Shown: positions 40,696 through 49,067 of the stretch, one piece after another
Layout: each line of letters begins with the position of its first letter
Position numbering within the stretch: the first letter of the stretch is position 1
Virus record (IMG/VR): IMGVR_UViG_3300013383_000028
Location: 18,873-82,872 of that record
Source: a virus
Taxonomy: Duplodnaviria > Caudoviricetes
Length of the DNA: 64,000 nt
Direction: 5' to 3' (one strand)
Position numbers and translations under genes: made by a program
The notes under the pieces: model-generated
Told to the model about the DNA's origin: nothing
Databases searched by the model: none
Seen by the model: only the letters and a program-made list of their open reading frames with translations

Positions 40696-42213
40696 ATGAC
40701 AACCCAAGAAGCAAAGAAAAAACTGCTCGACATTGCGTTAGCTGAAGAAGGCTATCTGGAAAAGGCGACAAACTCAAACCTGGATAGCAAGACAAGTAAC
40801 GCCGGCAGAAACAACTACACGAAGTATGCCCGCGACCATGCGCAGTGGGGGACATATCATGCCCCTAAACAGGGTCTTCCATGGTGTGATATGTTTGTAG
40901 ACTGGTGCTTTATCAAGGCGTTTGGACTTGCACTCGGCATGAAGACAACATGTCAGCCAAAGGGCGGCTATGGGGCTGGTTGTACAGAATCGTATAACTA
41001 CTATAAAGCCGCAGGGAAGGCCGTTCCTGTCGCAGAAGTGCAGGAAGGCGACCAGATCTTCTTTGGCAAGCCCGGAAGCATGACGCACACTGGCATCGTG
41101 TATAAGGTCGATAATGCGCGGATCTATACCATTGAGGGGAACACCAGTTCCGGAAGCAACACTGTGATTGCGAATGGCGGCGGCGTTTTCAAAAAGTGGT
41201 ACTACAGAAATTCTTCCTCCATCGGTGGAATTGGCCGTCCCAAGTGGGACGTGCTTGGCAGCGAAGATTCTAAGCCCACTACGTCAACTTCTTCAACCCC
41301 AACGACAGTGAAGTATTCTGAGTTCCAAGGTGGCATCTTCGCCGAGATCCCGTTTTCCCGTATTGACCGAATTGAGCATATCAAAATGGCAGACGCGAGA
41401 GGGGAAACAACCGGCAGTGTTGCAATTCGCGCTACATGGAATGACAGATTCCCCGATATCGTCATCAATGCAGAACTATTCAACTATGGCAAGTACACAC
41501 CTGCATCCGGCGTGAAGCACAAGGGCACAATGGAGTATCAGGGATGGCAGCCGTTCATCGGCTTCAAGGACTATAAGACACCCATCCAGGAGGCCCGTGG
41601 AGCCGTCACGTCGCCCGATGCGGTCGGCGGCTACCCCGCTATGATACAGAACGGCGTGAAGGAATTTACGGTCCCCAAGGGCCTTGAGGGCAATAAGTAC
41701 CGGACGGCCATGGGCTTAAAGGGCAAGACGCTTGGTATCATCGTCACGGAGAAACAGGTTCCGATGGATGTCGTAGCAAACAAGTTCGTCGCTGAGAAGT
41801 ACGAATTTGCAATCAACCTTGACGGCGGAGCTTCCAGCAGCTACGTCACACCGACAGCCGCTTGGGCACGCCCCAATAAGCTTCGCGGATTCGTGGCGAT
41901 CTGGCTAAAAAGCGGTACAGGTAACTACCTCAGTAAGCGTCAGTATGGCAATCATGCCGTTCAGCCGAAGCCAGTGAAGTCGGAAAGCTGGATTGAAACG
42001 GATAAATCTGCAGCTAACGGCGTAAAGATGAAGGTCACGGCCAGCGAACTGAACCTTCGCGCTGCCGCCTCCACCAGCAGCGAAGTCCGGTTTGTCCTGA
42101 AATACGGTGAAACGGTCACATGGTACGGATATCAGACGAAGAGTTGGTACTATGTCAGAACCGTGTCCGGCAAGGAAGGCTATGTCTACAAAGCCTATGT
42201 GAAGAAGGTATAA
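40696..42213 (+). CDS. endolysin: CHAP + phosphodiester glycosidase (NAGPA-like) + SH3b
   Basis: PWCDMFV/HTGIV/TIEGNT (CHAP); AINLDGGASS (NAGPA-like); LNLRAAAST...GYVY (SH3b). Confidence 0.85.
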   Translation: MTTQEAKKKLLDIALAEEGYLEKATNSNLDSKTSNAGRNNYTKYARDHAQWGTYHAPKQGLPWCDMFVDWCFIKAFGLALGMKTTCQPKGGYGAGCTESYNYYKAAGKAVPVAEVQEGDQIFFGKPGSMTHTGIVYKVDNARIYTIEGNTSSGSNTVIANGGGVFKKWYYRNSSSIGGIGRPKWDVLGSEDSKPTTSTSSTPTTVKYSEFQGGIFAEIPFSRIDRIEHIKMADARGETTGSVAIRATWNDRFPDIVINAELFNYGKYTPASGVKHKGTMEYQGWQPFIGFKDYKTPIQEARGAVTSPDAVGGYPAMIQNGVKEFTVPKGLEGNKYRTAMGLKGKTLGIIVTEKQVPMDVVANKFVAEKYEFAINLDGGASSSYVTPTAAWARPNKLRGFVAIWLKSGTGNYLSKRQYGNHAVQPKPVKSESWIETDKSAANGVKMKVTASELNLRAAASTSSEVRFVLKYGETVTWYGYQTKSWYYVRTVSGKEGYVYKAYVKKV

Positions 42214-42218
42214 AAAGG

Positions 42219-42248
42219 GCCGGGGGATTCAAAATCCTCCGGCTTTTT
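42219..42248 (+). terminator. intrinsic terminator of late operon
   Basis: GCCGGGGGATT-CAAA-ATCCTCCGGC-TTTTT. Confidence 0.8.
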
Positions 42249-42255
42249 GCATATG

Positions 42256-42284
42256 TTGACACGGAATTGCAGGGGTGCTAGAAT
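42256..42284 (+). promoter_or_regulatory. sigmaA promoter of type I toxin 1
   Basis: TTGACA-N17-TAGAAT. Confidence 0.75.
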
Positions 42285-42363
42285 AAAAACGCCCTCAAGT
42301 TGGGCGGGGCGCTGCCACGGAGGCGGCAGGCGGTCAGCACTTCCTGTAAGGGAGGTGATGCGG

Positions 42364-42450
42364 ATGGTTACATGGAATGAGGTTTTCACCTATTCACTCG
42401 TACTCATCGGCTTTGCTGGTCTGATAGTTCAGATTTGCAAAAAGAAATGA
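42364..42450 (+). CDS. type I toxin-like 28-aa hydrophobic peptide (holin-like toxin type)
   Basis: MVTWNEVFTYSLVLIGFAGLIVQICKKK; SD GGAGGTG; own promoter; convergent antisense promoter. Confidence 0.75.
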   Translation: MVTWNEVFTYSLVLIGFAGLIVQICKKK

Positions 42451-42561
42451 CCGCTCCCAAGTTAGCCGCTCGGACGGTCATTTCTTTTGACCATATTCTA
42501 GGCTGACTGCTTGCGGCAGCGCCCTTATTTATTATATTACCATGACGTGTGGAAATGTCAA
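42438..42561 (-). ncRNA. putative RNA antitoxin 1 (including its promoter)
   Basis: TTGACA at 42561-42556 with TAATAT/TATAAT; ends at hairpin 42444-42484 + U tract on minus strand. Confidence 0.6.
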
Positions 42562-42669
42562 GCGAAATAGAACAGGGAAATGAGAAATGCAAAAATCCTG
42601 TTTACTTATCATGCCTGTGTGCTATACTGTTATTAGAATGAGATCTTCGGCGGGAGGTGTGATTTTTGT

Positions 42670-43101
42670 ATGGATAGTATTTTTGATGCAGCAAAGTACA
42701 TATTGGAGCAGCGTGGAACACTATCAACCATGAAACTGCAAAAACTCTGCTATTATGCGCAGGCGTGGTCACTCGTTTGGGATGATAAGCCTCTTTTTGA
42801 AGAGGATTTTGAAGCATGGGCGAACGGCCCTGTGTGCCCGCAGCTTTTTCATTTCAGCCAAGGGCAGTTCTCCGTTTTGCCAGAGCAGATGAAAGGAAAT
42901 TCCGCAAGATTGACGGAGAATCAGAAGGACACGGTGAACCGGGTGCTGGAGCATTACGGAGATAAAAATGCACAGTGGTTGAGCCAGCTAACCCATATGG
43001 AAGATCCGTGGAAACTGGCACGCGCGGAAACACCGGACAGATATCCGAGCAGCAACATTATTACAAAAGAGAGCATGGCAATGTATTATGGCGGCTTGTA
43101 A
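42670..43101 (+). CDS. Panacea (DUF4065/SocA-like) antitoxin
   Basis: MKLQKLCYYAQAW, FEAWANGPV, LSQLTH.EDPW motifs. Confidence 0.85.
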   Translation: MDSIFDAAKYILEQRGTLSTMKLQKLCYYAQAWSLVWDDKPLFEEDFEAWANGPVCPQLFHFSQGQFSVLPEQMKGNSARLTENQKDTVNRVLEHYGDKNAQWLSQLTHMEDPWKLARAETPDRYPSSNIITKESMAMYYGGL

Positions 43102-43594
43102 CAAGCAGAAGTCCGTGAAGCAAGCGCAAAAGCCGCAGCAGAAGGTCATCCGCGAGGGCGGCGTTGCGGCAAGCGGCATACTGTTTGGCTCTGACCCGAA
43201 CAGCATCATGCGAGAACATCCTGTATGGCGACTGGCGTCATGCGATGTTGATGAATCGGTTTCATGGTCTTTTTATCAACAACGTCTGTCCGATGATTTT
43301 TGGAATGTGATCTTTCCCCATCTCAGAGATTTTGAAAAGCGGACATGGAGCGATATTTTTATAAATGCGAAGAAGCATAACCACGCCATAGACGTGCGAA
43401 CGCTGAATAAATGTGCTAGAGATAGGCTGTCCAATCTGCGTGTAGAAGCGGAAGCAATCTATTCTCTGAAAATAAGCGGGAAGGTAAGAATCTATGGCTA
43501 CCTGACCGGCTCTGTGTATAACATACTCTGGTACGACGATGACCACGGGGATAACGAAACCTGTGTGTGCCGCTCAACGAAAAAGCACACATGA
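43088..43594 (+). CDS. putative toxin partner of Panacea antitoxin (RelE-like)
   Basis: Overlapping second gene; IYSLKISGKVRIYG...ILWYDDDH resembles a RelE-type beta sheet. Confidence 0.55.
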   Translation: MAACNKQKSVKQAQKPQQKVIREGGVAASGILFGSDPNSIMREHPVWRLASCDVDESVSWSFYQQRLSDDFWNVIFPHLRDFEKRTWSDIFINAKKHNHAIDVRTLNKCARDRLSNLRVEAEAIYSLKISGKVRIYGYLTGSVYNILWYDDDHGDNETCVCRSTKKHT

Positions 43595-43686
43595 CTTATA
43601 AAAGGACTGGCGCTTTTTGCGCCGGTCTATTTCTATGCGCAAATTCGAGTTTGTCCCGCTGATTTGAAAAATTTCCTGAAATGGGG

Positions 43687-43727
43687 TTGACAAGTGACTA
43701 GTAACACATTATAATGTGATTAGTCAC
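43687..43727 (+). promoter_or_regulatory. module 1 promoter with paired palindromic operators
   Basis: TTGACA-N17-TATAAT; GTGACTAGTAAC (43694) and GTGATTAGTCAC (43716). Confidence 0.85.
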
Positions 43728-43745
43728 ACGAAGGAGGTGAACAGT

Positions 43746-43922
43746 GTGGCGGAAAAAGATAGATCTGAATATTTCCGTGCTCGTCGGCAATCAATGAAAC
43801 AGTATGCTTTTCTAATTGACAAGGAACGTGCTGAGAAGTTTGAACAGAAACTTAAAGAACGCAACATTGGAAAGACAGAATGGTTCAGGCAAAAGATTGA
43901 CGAGGAAATCGGAAATAAGTAA
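43746..43922 (+). CDS. ribbon-helix-helix regulator (module 1)
   Basis: 58 aa; KQYAFLIDKERAEKFEQKLKERNIGKTEWFRQKI RHH pattern; SD AAGGAGGTG. Confidence 0.65.
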   Translation: MAEKDRSEYFRARRQSMKQYAFLIDKERAEKFEQKLKERNIGKTEWFRQKIDEEIGNK

Positions 43923-44033
43923 AGAAAAGCCCCCTCTTTGTGCTTTAGTTTGAAGACCGAACACAAAGAAGGAGCCGACCAGAGGAAGCCCTCAAGGTAA
44001 ATTGATTATACCCTGTTGTGTTTCTTCTGTCAA
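43923..44033 (-). ncRNA. antisense sRNA of module 1 (~75 nt) with consensus promoter
   Basis: TTGACA (44033-28)-N17-TATAAT (44010-05); 14-bp stem GCTCCTTCTTTGTG/CACAAAGAGGGGGC + TTTT. Confidence 0.7.
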
Positions 44034-44069
44034 ACTGATTTTGTGGGCAATGCCCAGAAAGGAAACACA

Positions 44070-44840
44070 ATGAAGGATTTAATCACCATCAACAATAACG
44101 GCCAACCCGTTGCAAGCAGCCGGGATATCGCCGAACACTTCGAAAAAGAGCATCGGAATGTTCTTCGTGACATTGATGACCTCAGAAAAGATGTGCTCAA
44201 TTTTGAGCAGATGTTTTTCTCGGTCGAAATTCCAGATAGCTACGGCAGGCCACAGCGCGCGTACCTCATGAATCGAGACGGATTCTCGCTGCTGGTCATG
44301 GGCTTCACCGGGAAGTCCGCGCTCGAATGGAAACTCAAGTATATCGACGCATTCAACCGCATGGAAGCACAAATTAAAAGTCCACAGCCTATGACCACTG
44401 CCCAGATGTTTGCCATGCAAGCACAAGTCAATCTGGAACAGGAACAGCGGTTGGCGGCTCTGGAAAGTCGTGCGGAACGCAATGAACAGACCATGCAGAA
44501 AACGCTGGACATTTTCTCTGCACCTGCGGTCAGCCCCGACGATTGGACGGCGGCGATGAACCATCAGATCAATACTCTGGTGGAACGCTATGAGGCGAAT
44601 CACCAGAAATACCGCTCTGACCTCTACAAGGAGCTGGAATCTACTGCCGGTGTTGACCTCACGCTGCGGCAAACGCGGTTACGCAACCGCATGAAGAATG
44701 CTGGCGCGACAGTTTCGGAATGCAAGAACGTATCGAAGCTGCAGGTCGTTGCTCGTGACCGCAAGCTGCGTCCGATTTTTGAGAGCATCGTCCGCCGCCG
44801 CGCCGCGCTGTTATTATCAGCCAGCGAACAAACCATGTGA
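44070..44840 (+). CDS. Rha-family antirepressor/regulator (module 1)
   Basis: SSRDIAEHFEKEH..VLRDI, YLMNRDGFSLLVMGFTG..AL.WKLKYI..F. Confidence 0.85.
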   Translation: MKDLITINNNGQPVASSRDIAEHFEKEHRNVLRDIDDLRKDVLNFEQMFFSVEIPDSYGRPQRAYLMNRDGFSLLVMGFTGKSALEWKLKYIDAFNRMEAQIKSPQPMTTAQMFAMQAQVNLEQEQRLAALESRAERNEQTMQKTLDIFSAPAVSPDDWTAAMNHQINTLVERYEANHQKYRSDLYKELESTAGVDLTLRQTRLRNRMKNAGATVSECKNVSKLQVVARDRKLRPIFESIVRRRAALLLSASEQTM

Positions 44841-44854
44841 GGGAGGAATGAGCC

Positions 44855-45061
44855 ATGACAATCAGAGAGATCTATGAGCGCACACAGAATGTTGACGGCT
44901 GGATGATTGGCATCGACGGGTACGCATCGAAAGTTGACCTCGGCAATCCGGCCATTCTCGCCGGAATTGGAAAATTCCATGTGAAGACGATCTATCCGGA
45001 CGTCCACGACGGAAAGGTCGTTGTCGAACTGGACGTTGCTACGACTATCAATTCAGATTGA
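44855..45061 (+). CDS. conserved 68-aa protein, copy 1
   Basis: MTIREIYERTQNVDGW...ELDVATT; paralogues at 46039, 55064, 62326. Confidence 0.85.
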   Translation: MTIREIYERTQNVDGWMIGIDGYASKVDLGNPAILAGIGKFHVKTIYPDVHDGKVVVELDVATTINSD

Positions 45062-45074
45062 GTTCTGCAGACTT

Positions 45075-45102
45075 CCGGGAGGTTAATTCCTCCCGGTTTT
45101 TT
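45075..45102. terminator. terminator at convergence of + and - arms
   Basis: CCGGGAGG-TTAATT-CCTCCCGG-TTTTTT. Confidence 0.75.
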
Positions 45103-45112
45103 CTTTTCTATC

Positions 45113-45403
45113 TCAGAGATTGCTCAAAGTCCCGTCTCCGATGACAACCGCATTTGTCATGCTGCTGCCGAGAACGAAGACAGTGACCTGCGTGCCGACA
45201 GCTGCATTCTCCATGCTGGAGACGTATGGGAGCGCGATTTCTTTGTCGAATGCTCGCTGAATGGTGATCTTTCCGTTTGCGGCCACCCGTGTGACCTGTG
45301 CGCGGAAATACCAAATATTTGATCTGGTCAGTTCTTCGATTTTCGGTTTGAAGTAGTCCCAGAGCCTGTCTGCGAACCGCTTCATTTCCTGATTTTCATC
45401 CAT
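45113..45403 (-). CDS. putative baseplate spike-like OB-fold protein
   Basis: RAQVTRVAANGKITIQ...ALPYV...VGTQVTVFVLG pattern; not next to tail genes. Confidence 0.4.
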   Translation of the reverse strand: MDENQEMKRFADRLWDYFKPKIEELTRSNIWYFRAQVTRVAANGKITIQRAFDKEIALPYVSSMENAAVGTQVTVFVLGSSMTNAVVIGDGTLSNL

Positions 45404-45614
45404 GTGTATTACCCTCTGCTTCCGTTGGCGTACTGCTCAAAAGCACTGCGCCTCTCCGACAATGCGGCAACATTAACGCTGCTGCACCCACACTTTCGGC
45501 TTCGACTGTGAGTTCTTCGTTGTCTTTGTCATCGTACACAACAAGGAATGTGTAGCGGTTCTTGACAACATTCGTATGGAGTTTCCCGCCCATGCAATCA
45601 TTCCTTCCAGACAT
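45396..45614 (-). CDS. hypothetical protein
   Basis: Overlaps both neighbours in an operon-like run. Confidence 0.5.
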   Translation of the reverse strand: MSGRNDCMGGKLHTNVVKNRYTFLVVYDDKDNEELTVEAESVGAAALMLPHCRRGAVLLSSTPTEAEGNTHG

Positions 45615-45942
45615 TCGTGACTGTGAAGGTCATGCGCAGCCGGCAGTTGACATCAGCGAACGTCACCATATCGGCCAGCTTGTACATTTCGGAAATGCGG
45701 TTCCGGATGCTGTCATTGAGGATGTTGACCGGGAGAGGGAAGTCGACGTAGACGAAAGTGTTTCGGTCCCGTACCTCCAGATCATCCGCGTGCCACGGGG
45801 TACGCAGCGCCTTTGCAATCGCGGCTCCGTGCTCCTTAAGTTTGTTGTAGACCTCGACTTTTGCGGGAACCAGCTCGTTTCCGTGGAAAGCCTCATCCTT
45901 GGCCAGCATTGCAGCCACCATATCCTGAATATCCATTGCCAT
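45598..45942 (-). CDS. hypothetical protein
   Basis: GGAGG SD; downstream of GGGAC motif at 45996-46020. Confidence 0.65.
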   Translation of the reverse strand: MAMDIQDMVAAMLAKDEAFHGNELVPAKVEVYNKLKEHGAAIAKALRTPWHADDLEVRDRNTFVYVDFPLPVNILNDSIRNRISEMYKLADMVTFADVNCRLRMTFTVTNVWKE

Positions 45943-46038
45943 TGTATTTGCCTCCTATATTTTTTGATTTGCCCGTGAGGGCTTCTGTTTTTTCTTCTAC
46001 CGAAGAATCAGCTTTGTCCCACACGGGCGAGAAATTTT

Positions 46039-46254
46039 TTAATCGGTTACGATTTTCGTTGCGACTACCATTTCGATGACAGGTTTTCCGTCTTCCACAT
46101 CGACATCGAATGTGCTGACGTGAAAGTTCCCAACGCCGGCCATGATTGCGGGATTATCGAGGGCGATAGCATTAGCCAACCCATCTATGGCAATCATCCA
46201 ACGACCAACGTTCTGAGAGTGCTCATACAATTCCCTGATTGTCATTTGATGCAC
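46039..46254 (-). CDS. conserved 68-aa protein, copy 2 (most diverged)
   Basis: MTIRELYEHSQNVGRW...EMVVATKIVTD. Confidence 0.8.
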   Translation of the reverse strand: MHQMTIRELYEHSQNVGRWMIAIDGLANAIALDNPAIMAGVGNFHVSTFDVDVEDGKPVIEMVVATKIVTD

Positions 46255-46260
46255 CCTCCG

Positions 46261-47037
46261 TCACATTGCCTGCGGCCTGTCCATGATCGCGAGAATGCCG
46301 CGCTCTGTCAGGATTTCGTGAATCAGGAGACGGCCCTTCTGCGACCATTGCGTGAAGACACGGGTTCCTTTGCTCCCGTCGGAGTGGAGGAAGTGGAACG
46401 TCTTGGACTTGGTATACCCATTGCCCATGTGCTTCTTATAGAGAATCCATTGACCATTGACGTTGTGCTGGATTCCAGCTTCTTTTAGAATTTTGTTGAG
46501 CTGACGGGCACTCAGGTCGTAGTCAGCGGCGATCTGTGAGGTGGCCATGGTGGAGGTACTTTCGAGGATGGTATCTACGTACCGCTTGATTGGTTCGAAG
46601 TCCGCGATCATCTGCCGCTGCGCCTCGTTCTCCGCTTCTAATGCCAAACGCTTTTCTGCTTCATCAGCCAACGCACGAAGCGCGGAAGGGTAGTCCTGCG
46701 GAATTGCAAGCTGCTTTGCCCTCAGTGCTTCCTCCATTTTGTTGAAAGCCTCAATGTACTTGAGTTTCCATTCGAGCGCGGACTTCCCGGTGAAGCCCAT
46801 GACCAGCAGCGAGAATCCGTCGCGCGTCATGTAGTACATCGGATACGACTGACCGTTTTGCGGGTGGACATAGGTTGATTTGATGAACATGGGGGTGTCC
46901 CCAATTTTGGGGAGACCCCTCAAAAGTTCCTCAATGTCGCGCATAACGTGATCGTGTCGCTTGTCGAAGTGCTCCGCAATGTCTCTGCTGCTTGCGACGG
47001 GTTGGCCGTTATTGTTGATGGTGATTAAATCCTTCAT
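46261..47037 (-). CDS. Rha + KilAC/ANT antirepressor (module 2)
   Basis: Rha N terminus near-identical to 44070; C-term PQDYPSALRALAD...IAADYDLSARQLNKIL...WSQKGR. Confidence 0.85.
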   Translation of the reverse strand: MKDLITINNNGQPVASSRDIAEHFDKRHDHVMRDIEELLRGLPKIGDTPMFIKSTYVHPQNGQSYPMYYMTRDGFSLLVMGFTGKSALEWKLKYIEAFNKMEEALRAKQLAIPQDYPSALRALADEAEKRLALEAENEAQRQMIADFEPIKRYVDTILESTSTMATSQIAADYDLSARQLNKILKEAGIQHNVNGQWILYKKHMGNGYTKSKTFHFLHSDGSKGTRVFTQWSQKGRLLIHEILTERGILAIMDRPQAM

Positions 47038-47073
47038 TGTGTTTCCTTTCCGGACATTGCCCACAAAATCAGT

Positions 47074-47186
47074 TTGACAGAGGAAACACAACACGGTATA
47101 ATAGATTTACCGTGAGGTTTCCTCCGGGTCGGCTCCTTCTTTGTGACTTGTTTGCTAGACGTTGGCACAAAGAGGGGGCTTTTCCT
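47074..47186 (+). ncRNA. antisense sRNA of module 2 with consensus promoter
   Basis: TTGACA (47074)-N17-TATAAT (47097); same 14-bp stem as module 1, different loop, TTTT. Confidence 0.7.
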
Positions 47187-47367
47187 ATTTCTGTGTCAGC
47201 CGCGAGTGCAGGTCATTAACCATTTCTTCAAGCAAATCTGTTTTTGTCTTCCCAGATAGTTGTGCGCATTCTGAAAATTTCCTGACGGTTGATTCCGTTG
47301 CCCGAAGCGCAATCTGCTTGTTTTTCGGTTCTTCACCTACAATGGGGCGTCCGTATTTAGGCGACAT
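47185..47367 (-). CDS. ribbon-helix-helix regulator (module 2)
   Basis: GRP...KQIALRATESTVRKFSECAQLSGKTKTDLLEEMV RHH pattern. Confidence 0.7.
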   Translation of the reverse strand: MSPKYGRPIVGEEPKNKQIALRATESTVRKFSECAQLSGKTKTDLLEEMVNDLHSRLTQK

Positions 47368-47382
47368 CTTGATACCTCCTTT

Positions 47383-47423
47383 ATGCCTAGGCGTATTATA
47401 ATATATGTCTAGGCATATGTCAA
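47383..47423 (-). promoter_or_regulatory. module 2 promoter with paired palindromic operators
   Basis: TTGACA-N17-TATAAT; ATGCCTAGGCGT (47383) and ATGTCTAGGCAT (47405). Confidence 0.85.
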
Positions 47424-47476
47424 GTAGAACTTTCAATTTTTGTTCTACAGGGGAGTTACGGGTTGTCCCGCCCAGA

Positions 47477-47980
47477 TTAAAGAATTTTTATCGGACGGCA
47501 TTTCTGAATGTGCATCAAGCGGTCTGCTGCTTCTGCTATCCACATCACATCTTCTGATTCCAGAAGACTATTTAGTGCATCACGTGCCGCTGATTTCTTG
47601 AGGGAAATAAATATGTTATCATCTTCGGTTTCAGTTGAAATCCTTGCCAGATTCTCAGCAGCTTTTCCTGAAATGCCGAGTGTAGCAGCTGCAACTTGAA
47701 TGTTTTGCTCAACACTTTCAATATTTGTTACACCTAGCAGCCAGTCCGTAGACACGTTGAAGTATTCTGCGATTTTCGCGATATTCTCCCAACTGGGCTG
47801 TCCAAAACCGTCACAGTATGCAGATACAGATTGTCTTGCCTTCAGGCCGAGATAATCCGCTAATTCTTGCTGCGATACAGTTCTGTTGATTTTCCCTGCG
47901 TCCCCACGCATGAGCCTACGAAGACGACTGGGGAATGGCTTGTAATAGTTGTCTGTGTAATTGAGCTTTTTGCGCGGCAT
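47477..47980 (-). CDS. XRE-family HTH transcriptional regulator (repressor-like)
   Basis: SQQELADYLGL..RQSVSAYCDG..QPSWENIAKIAEYFNVSTDWLLG. Confidence 0.85.
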   Translation of the reverse strand: MPRKKLNYTDNYYKPFPSRLRRLMRGDAGKINRTVSQQELADYLGLKARQSVSAYCDGFGQPSWENIAKIAEYFNVSTDWLLGVTNIESVEQNIQVAAATLGISGKAAENLARISTETEDDNIFISLKKSAARDALNSLLESEDVMWIAEAADRLMHIQKCRPIKIL

Positions 47981-47981
47981 A

Positions 47982-49067
47982 TTATACACCCCTCATTTCC
48001 CGCACGTTCTGTGCCACGATCTTCACGGCCTCGTCGATAATTCTTGCATCTCGTTCGAGGTTCAGGCCATAATTGTGGCTCATGTCGCTCTCACAAGGGA
48101 CGAGTTTGTAATCGAAACTGAACCGAATAGCCGAACGTGCGCGTTCTTCAGAATACCCGGAAGCCAGAAGTACACGGGACGGCGCGTTATCACCGCTGGA
48201 ACACGCTGCACCGGATGAAACCATCAGTCCATCAGCGGCAAGCCGCAGGACGAGCGCGTGGTTTTCAATACCAGGGAAAGACATGTTTGCGATGTACGGA
48301 GACTGCTCTTCCTCGTGGCCTATGTATTTGCAACCATTGAGATGTGCATCCGGGATTTCATTCATGATACCGTCAATCAGCCGGTCATGCAACAGTCCTG
48401 TTGCCCCGGCGAAAGTATTCATGAGATTTGTGCGGAACTCCAACGCAGACGAAAATGCGGCAGCAAGGGGAGCGGACGGCGTCCCAAAATGGAAATGCTC
48501 TGTGATTGCCTCCGGAGTTCGTGCAATCAGGACGCCAACTCCAATCGGAGCGCCAAATTTATGCCCGCTTCCGCATATGAAGTCTATGCTGCTTTCACGG
48601 AAGTTGATTTTTTGCTTTCCCATCGCTGCGGTGCAGTCAGAGAACTTGACGTCATACTCAGTGAAAGCAGCATCTAGGTCGTAAATCGTTCCGGTTTCAT
48701 TATTGGTGAAAATCTGCACACGTCCATTCAAATCGGAGCTTTGCCATCCTCGTAGCATACATTCGGCAATGCTCGATACAGCCGAATGCTCGACACCACT
48801 AACACGGAACACTCGACATATATCGTCCATGGCTGTCAGCGCAATCCTGCACGCTTCTGTCGCAGATGAAACGAAGAAAACCTGATCTGGCTCGCAGTTC
48901 AAGCACTGCGCTACGGTCTCACGGGACGCTTCGATTGCCTTTCTGGCGCTCTGCCCAAATGAATGTACGGAGTTTGGGTTTCCCCATACTGATGTTGAAA
49001 CTGCATTGAATGCGGTTCTTGCGCATTGAAGCAGGGGAGAAGTAGCTGCGTGGTCAAGGTAGATCAT
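47982..49067 (-). CDS. iscS: cysteine desulfurase (IscS/NifS family)
   Basis: IYLDHAATS, GNPNSVH, NNETG, SGHKFGAP (PLP Lys), SSGAACSSG (catalytic Cys). Confidence 0.9.
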   Translation of the reverse strand: MIYLDHAATSPLLQCARTAFNAVSTSVWGNPNSVHSFGQSARKAIEASRETVAQCLNCEPDQVFFVSSATEACRIALTAMDDICRVFRVSGVEHSAVSSIAECMLRGWQSSDLNGRVQIFTNNETGTIYDLDAAFTEYDVKFSDCTAAMGKQKINFRESSIDFICGSGHKFGAPIGVGVLIARTPEAITEHFHFGTPSAPLAAAFSSALEFRTNLMNTFAGATGLLHDRLIDGIMNEIPDAHLNGCKYIGHEEEQSPYIANMSFPGIENHALVLRLAADGLMVSSGAACSSGDNAPSRVLLASGYSEERARSAIRFSFDYKLVPCESDMSHNYGLNLERDARIIDEAVKIVAQNVREMRGV

